This document shows, one piece after another, positions 45,683 through 54,657 of a stretch of DNA of 64,000 nt. Each line of letters opens with the position of its first letter. The stretch's first letter is position 1. A program made the position numbers and the translations under genes. The notes below the pieces were generated by a model, which was not told the DNA's origin, made no database searches, and saw nothing but the letters and a program-made list of their open reading frames with translations. The DNA lies in assembly GCA_015490995.1 (NCBI GenBank), contig WFWT01000041.1, positions 1,056 through 65,055 of the forward strand. Direction: 5' to 3'. Origin of the DNA: Anaerolineae bacterium. GTDB taxonomy: Bacteria; Chloroflexota; Anaerolineae; JAADDB01.

Positions 45683-46231
45683 ATGACTCCCGCGCGTGAC
45701 CGGTGGAGCTATGTCACACACACCGAAGAGGAAACGCGCCGTGTCGGCGCCACCTTAGGTCGTCTCCTGGCCCCCGGCGACGTCATTGCACTGACCGGAC
45801 CCCTGGGCGCGGGAAAGACTCGCCTGGTGCAAGGCATCGCCCAAGGGCTCGACATCGACCGCCCGATCACGAGCCCCACTTTCATTTTGATGAACCTTTA
45901 CCCCGGCTCCCAGGGACGCACGCTGTGCCACATCGACTGCTATCGCATGCGGGATCCGGTAGAAGAAGGATATGACCTGGGGCTGGATCAACAGCTGGGC
46001 GGGGAGGACATCTGTGTGGTGGAATGGGCGGAACGCATAGCTCCCCTACTGCCCACGGATCACCTGGCCATCACCATTGAACCGTTGGGCGATCACCGAC
46101 GACGCCTGACTTTCCAGGCCCGGGGACCTCGCAGTCGGGCCTTGTTGGAAGCCTTGGCAGCCCACCTGGACACCGACAGGAGCACCGAGCATGCGCGTCA
46201 TCGGCGGAAAGGCACGGGGGCATCCTCTTAA
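45683..46231 (+). CDS. tsaE: tRNA t6A biosynthesis ATPase TsaE
   Basis: Start set at ATG 45683. LTGPLGAGKTRLVQGI Walker A, SPTF and HIDCYR motifs. The 3' end overlaps rsmD by 41 nt. Confidence 0.8.
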   Translation: MTPARDRWSYVTHTEEETRRVGATLGRLLAPGDVIALTGPLGAGKTRLVQGIAQGLDIDRPITSPTFILMNLYPGSQGRTLCHIDCYRMRDPVEEGYDLGLDQQLGGEDICVVEWAERIAPLLPTDHLAITIEPLGDHRRRLTFQARGPRSRALLEALAAHLDTDRSTEHARHRRKGTGASS

Positions 46232-46757
46232 ATCCCTTCCAGGCAGGGCAACACGCCCCATCACCGACCGGGTCAAAGAGGCACTTTTCAACATCCTGGC
46301 AGGCGAGATAGAAGGCGCGCGTGTGCTGGATCTGTTCGGAGGGACCGGTGCAGTGGGCATAGAGGCCTTAAGCCGAGGCGCCGCCCACGCTACCTTTGTG
46401 GAGATCTCCCCGCGCGCCTGTCGGGTTATCCGGGAAAACCTGCAACGCACCGGCCTGGCCACACAGGCCCAAGTGATCCCCAGGGACGTGTTCGCGTTCC
46501 TCAAGGGCACGCCAGAACAGCCCTACGACATAGTTTACATCGCGCCCCCTCAATACCGGGGGTTATGGCGCAAAGCCCTAGAAATGTTGGACCGGCATCC
46601 CGACTGGGTGGCGCAAGGTGGACTCGTGGTGGTACAGATTGACCCAAGGGAGGTGGAACCGGTGACCCTCCACCACTACGTGCTAGAACAAGAACGACGT
46701 TACGGAGACACGTTGCTGCTCTTCTACCGTAAAACTTCCTCCACCTCAACGGCCTAA
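46191..46757 (+). CDS. rsmD: 16S rRNA (guanine966-N2)-methyltransferase
   Basis: 188 aa. MRVIGGKARG, RPITDRVKEALFNIL, VLDLFGGTGAVGIEALSRGA, YIAPPQY. Confidence 0.85.
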   Translation: MRVIGGKARGHPLKSLPGRATRPITDRVKEALFNILAGEIEGARVLDLFGGTGAVGIEALSRGAAHATFVEISPRACRVIRENLQRTGLATQAQVIPRDVFAFLKGTPEQPYDIVYIAPPQYRGLWRKALEMLDRHPDWVAQGGLVVVQIDPREVEPVTLHHYVLEQERRYGDTLLLFYRKTSSTSTA

Positions 46758-46771
46758 ACCTAAAAGACCGA

Positions 46772-47440
46772 TCATGCGGCCAGGCGACGGATAATGGCTA
46801 TCACCTTGCCCTGGACGCGCACCACTTCTGCCGGCTTGATGATGGGTTCATACGCCGGGTTCGCGGGCTGAAGGCGCACATATCGTCCTTCTCGATAGAA
46901 ATACTTCAACGTGGTTTCCTGGTCATCCTCCAACCACACGGCCACCATATCACCGTTGTTCGCCTCTTCTTGCTGTCGCAGGATCACCACATCGCCGTCG
47001 TGCACCGACGCGTCCACCATCGAGTCCCCGCGCACCCGCAGGGCGAACACGTTCTCCGTGTCAGAAATGATGTCGCGCGTGAGCTCCAGGGTATCCACAT
47101 CTGCGTCGAAGGTGGGATAAGCGGTCACCGGCTCACCTGCAACGATGGAGCCAACAATAGGCACCCGCACTACCGAGGAGACCGGTTCATCGGCTGCCGC
47201 CCCTAACCAGGATAGCGCCTTGGACGTCAGGCGTAACCCACGGGAAGCCCGCGGGGCGCGCTCTACATAGCCGGCTTTCTCCAACCGATCTAAGTGATAC
47301 TTCACCACGGCGGTAGAAGCCACACCTACACCGCGCTGAATATCACGTACCGTGGGCGGACGGCCATGTTCCCGCAGGTAACCATGGATGAACTGCACAA
47401 TCTGTCGCCGCCGTTCTGACATCCGGTTCTTTTCCGGCAT
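46772..47440 (-). CDS. lexA: LexA repressor
   Basis: Start set at ATG 47440, with GGAGGGG upstream. Winged-helix N-terminus (RPPTVRDIQ) and S24 peptidase RVRGDSMVDA ... K in the C-terminal domain. Confidence 0.9.
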   Translation of the reverse strand: MPEKNRMSERRRQIVQFIHGYLREHGRPPTVRDIQRGVGVASTAVVKYHLDRLEKAGYVERAPRASRGLRLTSKALSWLGAAADEPVSSVVRVPIVGSIVAGEPVTAYPTFDADVDTLELTRDIISDTENVFALRVRGDSMVDASVHDGDVVILRQQEEANNGDMVAVWLEDDQETTLKYFYREGRYVRLQPANPAYEPIIKPAEVVRVQGKVIAIIRRLAA

Positions 47441-47521
47441 ATCACGCCCCTCCTGTCCGACCACGTCCACACCCCTGTACGAACGTCGTGACACGCGCCC
47501 CATCTCCTTGCCGCACCGCCC

Positions 47522-47551
47522 AGTATATGATGAACGTATGTTCTATGTCAA
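47522..47551 (-). promoter_or_regulatory. lexA promoter
   Basis: On the minus strand: TTGACA (47551-47546), 18 nt spacer, TATACT (47527-47522). Confidence 0.55.
47532..47543. promoter_or_regulatory. SOS box (Cheo-type GAAC-N4-GTTC)
   Basis: GAACGTATGTTC is a perfect inverted repeat lying inside the -35/-10 spacer of the lexA promoter. Confidence 0.7.
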
Positions 47552-47736
47552 GTCCACCCAAAGACCCCGCCCCACGCCGATGATATAGCCCCCCGAAACG
47601 CCTTCCCTCCCCGACCATAAAGTGGACAGAACGTCTCAGATAAGGCCATAATACACGTCCAAGGTCCTCACCGCGCTCTGCATTCCGGTGCACGGGTAGC
47701 GCAGGCGTAAGGCATGCCAACCAACAGGAGTTATCC

Positions 47737-49257
47737 ATGACGAAAGGCCGGGTCATTCGCGGCTTTCAGGAGCGCCGAGAACTGGAAGAGGCGCTCCAGC
47801 GCTTGAGCCGTCTCACCGACGAAGCGTCCCGTCACGCGTTAGCACAGGAGCTGGCCGGCAAAGGCGAACCGATTATCCCCGTGTTGTTACGCCATCTGGG
47901 CACGACGAACCCCCTCCTGCGCGGGGCTATCGGCCTGGTTGCCCACTACCTACCTCGCGAGATGATCGCCCCCCCGTTGCGGGAAATCACAGCTAACCCC
48001 CAACGCTCCGACCAAGAGCGCGTGGCCGCCCTTATGATCCTGGAACGTTTCCTCGATGAACCGGTGGAAGACAGCATGTACGCATCCCTGCGCGACCCCG
48101 AAGCGGTGATCCGGCAATCCTTGCGCGAAGTGTGTGAGTACCAAGACGCAATCCCGGACATCATGCTGGATTATGTGGCTCAACTTCAGGAAGAACCGGT
48201 GGATGTGGTTTTCGCCGTCCTGGACCACGTGCGGGACTTCACGGCCGAACAGGTGATACCGCTCCTACAACTGCTGGCCCAGGATGTTCGGGTCCCGGTA
48301 GCGCGGCGAGCTGTACAGGTGCTGGGCCAAACCCCTCATCCGGCAGCGTTGGCCGTGCTGGAGGTGCTGCAGACCCTTCTGCCCGCCCCCTTGGAACAGG
48401 AAGCCGAGCGGGCTGCTCGCAAACTGCGTTTGCGGAGCGTGCCTGCCCCTGAACGCGTTTCCCATCCGTGGCGGGCGCTCGTCACCCCACCGGACGCGCA
48501 AGGCACTCAAGCCTTTTGGCTCCTGCGCCGTCGGGAGAACGCTGCCTGGATGTTGCTGGGTGTACTGGCTAACGTGGAACTGGGGGTACAATTCGCCTTC
48601 GTGTTAGACCAAGTGCCCACCGACTTCGTCACCGCCGCCCCGGGCGAACCGGTCCTGCTCCCCCTCGCAGGTCGCGACGAAGCTTACGGGATGGCGTGGT
48701 TTATGGAAATGCCCCTCTCCTACGTACGGCGCTGGTTACGACAGCTCTTCCTGCAAAATTATCGCAGCGCGTACCAACCCCCTGTGGTCTACCGACATCA
48801 GATCATGCCGTTCTGGCGGGAGACCGAGAGTGCCGGCTGGGCACCTGCCCCTGAAATGCCCACGCCAGACCCCGATCTGGTATGGCACACCTTGGAGCTG
48901 TTACGACACCCGGCCATGGATTCCTGGTACGTGGAACCCCCACGCACCGCCTTCCAGGAGCACCAATGGCTCCAAGCCGGCCTCAGCACGGAGGCACTGC
49001 ACGAAGCCCTTCGCCACATCCCGCCCGATCTTTTCCCCCAGGATCAGTGGACCACCCTCGCGGACCGACTGACCTACCTGGCAGAATGGTTCCTCGCGGG
49101 CAACGACCATGAACGGGCACGCCTGACAGTGGCCGCTGCGCACGCCCTCCGCACCTTGCCTTACGAACGCAATCCCTTCGCCCAGGCCCTCGTCGCGCGC
49201 GGTCTCATGCTCGTGTTCGAGGAACTGCAACGGGAAAAAGACCGCTGGGATGACTGA
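47737..49257 (+). CDS. hypothetical protein with HEAT-like helical N-terminal half
   Basis: 506 aa, clean single ORF. N-terminal repeats of the type PIIPVLLRHLGTTNPLLRGAI. No catalytic motif recognised. Confidence 0.6.
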   Translation: MTKGRVIRGFQERRELEEALQRLSRLTDEASRHALAQELAGKGEPIIPVLLRHLGTTNPLLRGAIGLVAHYLPREMIAPPLREITANPQRSDQERVAALMILERFLDEPVEDSMYASLRDPEAVIRQSLREVCEYQDAIPDIMLDYVAQLQEEPVDVVFAVLDHVRDFTAEQVIPLLQLLAQDVRVPVARRAVQVLGQTPHPAALAVLEVLQTLLPAPLEQEAERAARKLRLRSVPAPERVSHPWRALVTPPDAQGTQAFWLLRRRENAAWMLLGVLANVELGVQFAFVLDQVPTDFVTAAPGEPVLLPLAGRDEAYGMAWFMEMPLSYVRRWLRQLFLQNYRSAYQPPVVYRHQIMPFWRETESAGWAPAPEMPTPDPDLVWHTLELLRHPAMDSWYVEPPRTAFQEHQWLQAGLSTEALHEALRHIPPDLFPQDQWTTLADRLTYLAEWFLAGNDHERARLTVAAAHALRTLPYERNPFAQALVARGLMLVFEELQREKDRWDD

Positions 49258-49306
49258 CGCGGCTCCCCTCACCTACCCCGGCAAATATCCCCACAGGTTC
49301 CCCAGG

Positions 49307-49339
49307 TTATCCACAAACTAATCCACAAAGATATCCACA
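49307..49339 (+). repeat. three phased 12-bp units each carrying a DnaA-box-like 9-mer
   Basis: TTATCCACA (49307-49315, perfect consensus), TAATCCACA (49319-49327), ATATCCACA (49331-49339). A degenerate TATCCCCACA lies at 49286-49295. Confidence 0.6.
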
Positions 49340-50249
49340 GGATGGAAAGTAGCTATGCGCAAGGCCAATAGGGGATCGACCCCTTCCTCCACCGCCACCC
49401 GCACCATCATATCAATGCTGCCCTCGTCCAACAGGTCTCCTGGCTGACGGTCGTTGGTGCAAAAGCACACACGTCGATGATTGGCGGCCGTCACTGCAGG
49501 GAGGAGATCCCGCAGGTTTCGGGCATTGGTGGCCTCCCGCAGAAACACGTACATGCCGAGGCGTAATTTTGCCTCTACCTCCGCTACTGTTGTACACTCA
49601 TGGTCGGAGCCGATCCCGGCTGCGACGTAGGCATTTAGCGCCGGACCATGGACGCCCGGGCAGTGACCATCTACGACCTGATGGGTGAAAGCCTCCAGCT
49701 TGCGCAGCACGTCGTGGTGCCCCTGGATAACACCGGGAAAGTTCATAACCTCCGCCAGCCCTAACACGCGCGGTTCACCCTGTAAGGCACGCAGAGTTTC
49801 CGCGTCCAGGGTAGCACCGTTGGTCTCCATGTGCGTGGCAGGTACACAGGAGGGGGCCATAACGAACACGCTGAGAGGCAAACCGGCGGACGCATCCAAC
49901 ATGAACCGGACACCCATCAGGCGTGCACGTTGGCGATTTCGTGAGGGTCCGTTATGACGGTGGTCACCCCACAGGGGAGCACCGCACGAGCAAACTCGGC
50001 AGGGGTACAGAGCGAGCTCTCTATGTGGACGTGCGCGTCAATAAAGCCGGGAAGCACATACGCCCCCTGTAGGTCTATGACGCCATGACCCTGTGGATAC
50101 GAACCGATACCCGCTATCGTGTCACCTACCAGGGCAATATCCGCGGAGATAACCTCGCCCGTAAAGACGTTGACCACCCGCCCACGGCGCAACACCACAT
50201 CAGCGGGCGCATCACCCCGGGCGACCGCCAGTACTTTCTCTCGGTCCAT
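49318..50249 (-). pseudogene. ade: adenine deaminase, frameshifted and truncated
   Basis: Two adjacent ORFs, 49917..50249 and 49318..49917, together match the N-terminal ~310 aa of adenine deaminase ([21 protein letters not shown] / SCVPA, DGHCPG, NAYVAAG). The frame changes between V (GTG) and MG. The C-terminal half is absent. Confidence 0.7.
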
Positions 50250-50386
50250 TGTCGCCTCCTTACGGCGTTCGACCGGTGCCCTACGTCGGGCACGGGATCA
50301 CACCATCGTGTGGATCATCGTGGTCACAAGGCCGGGGTAAGGTGGGGGTATTCCAGGGTGCTTCCGGCCATTTGTCAACCTGATGG

Positions 50387-50402
50387 TGTCAGATGTCTGA
50401 CA
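50387..50402. promoter_or_regulatory. inverted repeat TGTCAGA-TG-TCTGACA abutting the promoter -35 (candidate operator)
   Basis: A 7-2-7 inverted repeat at 50387-50402, 6 nt upstream of the -35 hexamer. Confidence 0.4.
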
Positions 50403-50408
50403 ACTGAT

Positions 50409-50437
50409 TTGACGGTGCCTACGTTTGGTGTTACAAT
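50409..50437 (+). promoter_or_regulatory. sigma-70-like promoter of the BMP/nucleoside ABC operon
   Basis: TTGACG (50409-50414), 17 nt spacer, TACAAT (50432-50437). It lies about 240 nt upstream of the ATG at 50686. Confidence 0.55.
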
Positions 50438-50685
50438 GGGCCGCCATCACACACCGGTGGTACGAGTACACCTCACCGGCCTTTTCCGTGCATCCCCCAC
50501 ACGGTGGCGGCTCGTGCCAGCACACAAGGGAGGGAGGTGGGACAAAAGGCAAGAGGGTCCCCAGCGCTGTCCACGCAGGTCGCTCCCTGAGCATCTGTCA
50601 CGGTGTGAAGCTGTTCGGGAGCACACGATGTGCCCTTGAAGGTTGCAGGCATCCGATTGCCACGTACACAAAGGAGGGGGAGATC

Positions 50686-51918
50686 ATGACGGAGAAAAAG
50701 CGACTTAGCCGCCGCGATTTCCTGAAAAAGGCCGGGATCGGTGCCGCAGCAGTTACGCTGGCAGCCTGTGCACCCCAACAAACCCCCACCCCACAACCGA
50801 CGCCACAGCCGGAGGCCAAGGAGAAAAAGCTCAAGGCCGCCTTTATCTACGTCGGCCCTATCGGGGATTACGGCTGGACCCACGCGCATGAAGTGGCCCG
50901 CCGTTATCTGGAAGAACGCTACCCCTGGCTGGAAACCACTTACGCGGAATCGGTCCCGGAAGGGGATGCCATGCGCTTCATCGACCGTTACATCCAGGAG
51001 GAGAACGCGGATATTGTCTTCACCACCAGTTTTGGGTACATGGATGATACCATCCGGGCCGGTGAGAAATATCCTGACAAGATCTTCTTCCACTGCTCCG
51101 GCTACAAGCGGCGCCAGAACGTGGGCACGTACTTTGCGGAGTTGTATCAGTTGTTTTACCTTAACGGGCTGATGGCCGGTGCCCTGACGCAAACTAACAA
51201 GGTGGGCTACGTGGCCGCGCATCCCATTCCAGAGGTGGTGCGCCACATCAACGCGTTCGCCCTGGGCGTCCGGGAGGTCAACCCGGAGGCCACCATCGAT
51301 GTGCGCTGGCTGTTCAGTTGGTTCGACCCGGCCAAAGCCCGAGAGGCAGCCGAATCCCTTATCGCCACGGGGGTCGATGCCCTTACCTTCACCGAGGACT
51401 CCCCCACCGTGATTGAGGTGGGCCAGGAGTACACGGAAAAAGGCCAGCCGGTTTACACCTTCGGCCACTACAGTCCTATGCAACAGTTCGGACCGGACTC
51501 CGTCGTTAGCGGTCGGCTGGTGCGCTGGGAGGTCATTTACGAGGACATCCTGGCCAAGGTGTACGCCGGAGTCTACACGCCCGAGAACCTGGCAGACGTG
51601 GATTACTGGTGGATGTTGAAGGAAAAGACGGTGGAGCTCGGGGGCGAATTTGGCGTACCCATCAACCCCAAGTTCGAAGACGCGCTGAAAGCCAAAACGG
51701 TCAACGACCCCTTGCTGGGCGAGATCAGCGTGTACGACCTGATCTTCGAGCGCCTGAAGGCCATGAGCGAGCCCACCGTGGTCTTCGATCCCTTCACCGG
51801 TCCCATCAAGGACCAGAACGGGAACGTTCGCATTCCCGAGGGACGGCGGGCGACTCACGACGAACTGTGGACCATTGACTGGTTCGTCGAAGGGATCGTT
51901 GCGGAGATCCCGCGCTGA
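50686..51918 (+). CDS. BMP-family (PnrA/Med-like) ABC transporter substrate-binding lipoprotein, Tat signal
   Basis: Start set at ATG 50686, with AAGGAGGGGG upstream. Twin-arginine signal SRRDFLKKAG plus lipobox LAAC. FIYVGPIGDYGWTHAHE is typical of the basic membrane protein family. Confidence 0.85.
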   Translation: MTEKKRLSRRDFLKKAGIGAAAVTLAACAPQQTPTPQPTPQPEAKEKKLKAAFIYVGPIGDYGWTHAHEVARRYLEERYPWLETTYAESVPEGDAMRFIDRYIQEENADIVFTTSFGYMDDTIRAGEKYPDKIFFHCSGYKRRQNVGTYFAELYQLFYLNGLMAGALTQTNKVGYVAAHPIPEVVRHINAFALGVREVNPEATIDVRWLFSWFDPAKAREAAESLIATGVDALTFTEDSPTVIEVGQEYTEKGQPVYTFGHYSPMQQFGPDSVVSGRLVRWEVIYEDILAKVYAGVYTPENLADVDYWWMLKEKTVELGGEFGVPINPKFEDALKAKTVNDPLLGEISVYDLIFERLKAMSEPTVVFDPFTGPIKDQNGNVRIPEGRRATHDELWTIDWFVEGIVAEIPR

Positions 51919-51943
51919 GCCGCGCTCCGGGAGGACTTCCTCT

Positions 51944-51986
51944 CCTGCCCGGGTTCTCGCTCACCCCGAGAGCCCGGGCAGGTTTT
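51944..51986 (+). terminator. intercistronic terminator/attenuator hairpin after the SBP gene
   Basis: CCTGCCCGGGTTCTCG (51944-51959), loop, CGAGAGCCCGGGCAGG (51967-51982, one G-U pair), then TTTT. Confidence 0.6.
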
Positions 51987-52045
51987 ACCCGGGACGGGGC
52001 AAGCCGCCGCCCTGGCGAGGAGATCGAGGGTGAGGAAGCGAAACG

Positions 52046-53578
52046 ATGGGAGCAGAAACACCAGCTATCGAGATGCGGAACATTGTTAAACGCTTTCCGG
52101 GCGTGATCGCAAACGACCACGTCACCTTTACCGCCCGGGCGGGAGAAGTACATGCCCTGCTGGGTGAAAACGGCGCGGGGAAGACTACCCTGATGAACAT
52201 CCTGTATGGCCTCTATCACCCTGACGAAGGGGACATTTACGTACACGGCCGCCGGGTCACCATTCACTCCCCACGAGACGCCATTGCCCTGGGCATCGGC
52301 ATGGTGCATCAACACTTTATGCTGGTCCACTCCCACACCGTCGCGGAGAACGCAGTGCTCGGCCTGGCCGGCACCCCCTTCCTTCGCCCCGCCCAGAGCG
52401 TGCGAGAGCAAATAGTGGCCCTCTCAGAGCGATACCGGTGGCACATTAACCCGGACGCGTACATTTGGCAGCTCTCCGCGGGTGAACAACAACGGGTGGA
52501 AATCCTTAAAGCCTTGCTACGCGGCGCGCGCGTTCTCATCCTGGACGAACCCACATCGATGCTCACCCCGGGCGAGGCCCGACAGCTCTTCGCCGTCATG
52601 CGCCAAATGGCCGCAGAGGGGCGCACCGTGATCTTCATCTCCCACAAACTGGAAGAGGTGATGGAGGTCAGCGACCGCGTGACGGTCCTGCGCCGTGGGC
52701 GAGTGGTTGGCACCGTGGCGACCCGGGACACTTCCCCGCACGAGCTGGCCCGTATGATGGTGGGGCGAGAGGTCCTCTTCCGCCTGGAGAAGAAGCCCGT
52801 CCAGCGGGGAGAGGTGGTCCTGCGCCTGGAAGGGGTCACTGCGCTGAACGACTTGAACCTGCCGGCCCTGAAAGAGGTGTCCCTGGACGTGCACGCGGGG
52901 GAAATAGTGGGCATCGCCGGGGTGGCCGGCAATGGCCAGAAAGAACTGGTGGAGGTGATTACCGGGTTACGGCCGGTGATCCAGGGGCGCATCTTCCTGG
53001 ACGGGGAGGAAATCACCAACCGGGACGCACGGTTTATCGGCAAACGGGGGGTCGCCCACGTTCCGGAGGACCGAGTTCACATGGGGGTGGTGCCTAACTT
53101 AAGTGTGGCGGAGAACCTCATCCTAAAGTACTACGATACGCCTTCCTTTGCCCGAGGATGGTTCCTGGACTTGCAAGCGGTTACCACCTTTGCCCAACAA
53201 AAGGTGAAAGAGTATCAAATCCGCACCCCCACCGTCCACACGCCGGTGAAGCTGCTCTCCGGGGGCAACATTCAGCGGCTCATCCTGGCGCGTGAGCTGG
53301 CCTTTCAGCCTCGCTTGGTAGTGGCTGCACATCCGACCTCCGGCCTGGACGTGGGCGCTATGGAGCATGTACGACAGCTCCTCCTGCGCCAACGAGAGGA
53401 AGGTGCGGCGATTCTCCTGGTCTCGGAGGACCTGGACGAGGTGCTGGAGCTTAGCGATCGGGTGGCTGTCATGTTCGGAGGGCGCATTGTAGGGGTGGTG
53501 GACGCAAGCGAGGCCGACGTAGAAGCCATCGGCGCGATGATGGCCGGGTTGAACACGACAGCGGAGGCAGCAGCATGA
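52046..53578 (+). CDS. ABC transporter ATP-binding protein, duplicated ATPase (nucleoside/sugar type)
   Basis: 510 aa. Two nucleotide-binding domains (GENGAGKTT; GVAGNGQKE) with LSGG-type signatures. Confidence 0.9.
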   Translation: MGAETPAIEMRNIVKRFPGVIANDHVTFTARAGEVHALLGENGAGKTTLMNILYGLYHPDEGDIYVHGRRVTIHSPRDAIALGIGMVHQHFMLVHSHTVAENAVLGLAGTPFLRPAQSVREQIVALSERYRWHINPDAYIWQLSAGEQQRVEILKALLRGARVLILDEPTSMLTPGEARQLFAVMRQMAAEGRTVIFISHKLEEVMEVSDRVTVLRRGRVVGTVATRDTSPHELARMMVGREVLFRLEKKPVQRGEVVLRLEGVTALNDLNLPALKEVSLDVHAGEIVGIAGVAGNGQKELVEVITGLRPVIQGRIFLDGEEITNRDARFIGKRGVAHVPEDRVHMGVVPNLSVAENLILKYYDTPSFARGWFLDLQAVTTFAQQKVKEYQIRTPTVHTPVKLLSGGNIQRLILARELAFQPRLVVAAHPTSGLDVGAMEHVRQLLLRQREEGAAILLVSEDLDEVLELSDRVAVMFGGRIVGVVDASEADVEAIGAMMAGLNTTAEAAA

Positions 53579-54657
53579 CCCTTCCCATCCGCGCGGAACG
53601 ACGATTGGTGGTCCCACGCACCGTAGCCCTGACGGCAGTAACCCTGTCCGTCCTGGTGGCGCTGGTGGTCATCGGCATTGTGTTTACCCTGGCGGGCATT
53701 CCCCCTTTGGCCACATACGCCCGCATGTTCCGGGGCGCCTTTGGCAGCACCTACGGCCTTTCTGAGACCCTGGTGAAAACCATCCCCCTGCTGCTCACCA
53801 GTGTCGGGCTGGCGGTGGCTTTCCGAGCCCTTGTGTGGAACATCGGCGCGGAGGGCCAGCTCCTCATGGGCGCCACTGCCGCCACCTGGGTAGCTCTCTT
53901 CCTCCTGCCCGATGCTCCCTCGTGGGTGCTCTTGCCGGCCATGTTCCTGGCCGGCTTCATCGCCGGCGCGCTGTGGGCGCTGATCCCCGCGTTCCTCAAA
54001 GTGCGCTTTCAGACCAACGAGGTGATCACCACCCTTATGACGGTGTACATCGCGGAGGAATTCGTCAACTACCTGGTCTACGGGCCCTGGAAAGGCGCGG
54101 CCGAGTGGGGCTTCCCTTACACCGATCGGTTCCCAGAGGCCGCGCAATTGCCGGTACTGGGAGCTACCCGCATTCACTATCCCACCTTGTTGCTCGGCCT
54201 GATACTGGCCGCACTGATGTACGTGCTCCTTCACCACACCAAACTGGGCTACGAAATCCGGGTGACAGGGGAGAACCCTCTGGCCGCGCGGTACGCGGGG
54301 ATTGATGCCCGCAGGATCATCCTCTTTGTGATGCTTATCAGCGGCGGATTGGCAGGCCTGGCCGGCGTCGGGGAAGTGGCCGGCGTACACCACCGACTGC
54401 GCTACGCCAGGGGGATCTCCGCCGGATATGGGTTCACGGCCATCATCGTCGCTTGGCTGGGACGTCTACACCCGCTGGCCATCATTGTGGCATCCTTCCT
54501 GTTCGGTGGACTCCTTGTAGGCGGCGATGTCCTGCAAGTCTCTCTGAACCTGCCAGTGGCGACTATTGACATGTTTAACGGGGTGATCTTGTTCTTCGTC
54601 ATCGCCGCAGAGATCTTGACTCGCTACAAAATCTCGGTGCGCTCCAAGGAGGCGTGA
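53575..54657 (+). CDS. ABC transporter permease
   Basis: 360 aa multi-TM protein. ATGA overlap with the ATPase gene. Confidence 0.85.
   Translation: MTLPIRAERRLVVPRTVALTAVTLSVLVALVVIGIVFTLAGIPPLATYARMFRGAFGSTYGLSETLVKTIPLLLTSVGLAVAFRALVWNIGAEGQLLMGATAATWVALFLLPDAPSWVLLPAMFLAGFIAGALWALIPAFLKVRFQTNEVITTLMTVYIAEEFVNYLVYGPWKGAAEWGFPYTDRFPEAAQLPVLGATRIHYPTLLLGLILAALMYVLLHHTKLGYEIRVTGENPLAARYAGIDARRIILFVMLISGGLAGLAGVGEVAGVHHRLRYARGISAGYGFTAIIVAWLGRLHPLAIIVASFLFGGLLVGGDVLQVSLNLPVATIDMFNGVILFFVIAAEILTRYKISVRSKEA

Noticed and set aside
49286-49339. Chromosomal replication origin (oriC)
   Set aside because: DnaA-box-like repeats are present, but there is no adjacent AT-rich unwinding element, no dnaA/dnaN, only three to four boxes, and they lie inside a pseudogene remnant. 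It is reported as a repeat finding, not as oriC.
50444-50685. Purine, 2'-dG or ZTP riboswitch in the BMP operon leader
   Set aside because: The conserved cores (UAUAAU...CCGUAAAUG junctions; GGGUCGUGAC...CCGCCUGGGC) are absent. I keep it only as an unexplained long leader.
50473-51858. Long antisense or alternative-frame ORFs. Examples: 50473..51858(-), 53305..54393(-), 37093..38367(+), 38410..39372(+), 17275..18087(+), 12436..13194(-), 9098..10060(-), 7040..7801(-)
   Set aside because: These are shadow ORFs typical of GC-rich DNA. They have Arg/Pro/Gly-rich low-complexity translations and no motifs, and each is fully overlapped by a gene with strong family motifs on the other strand or frame.
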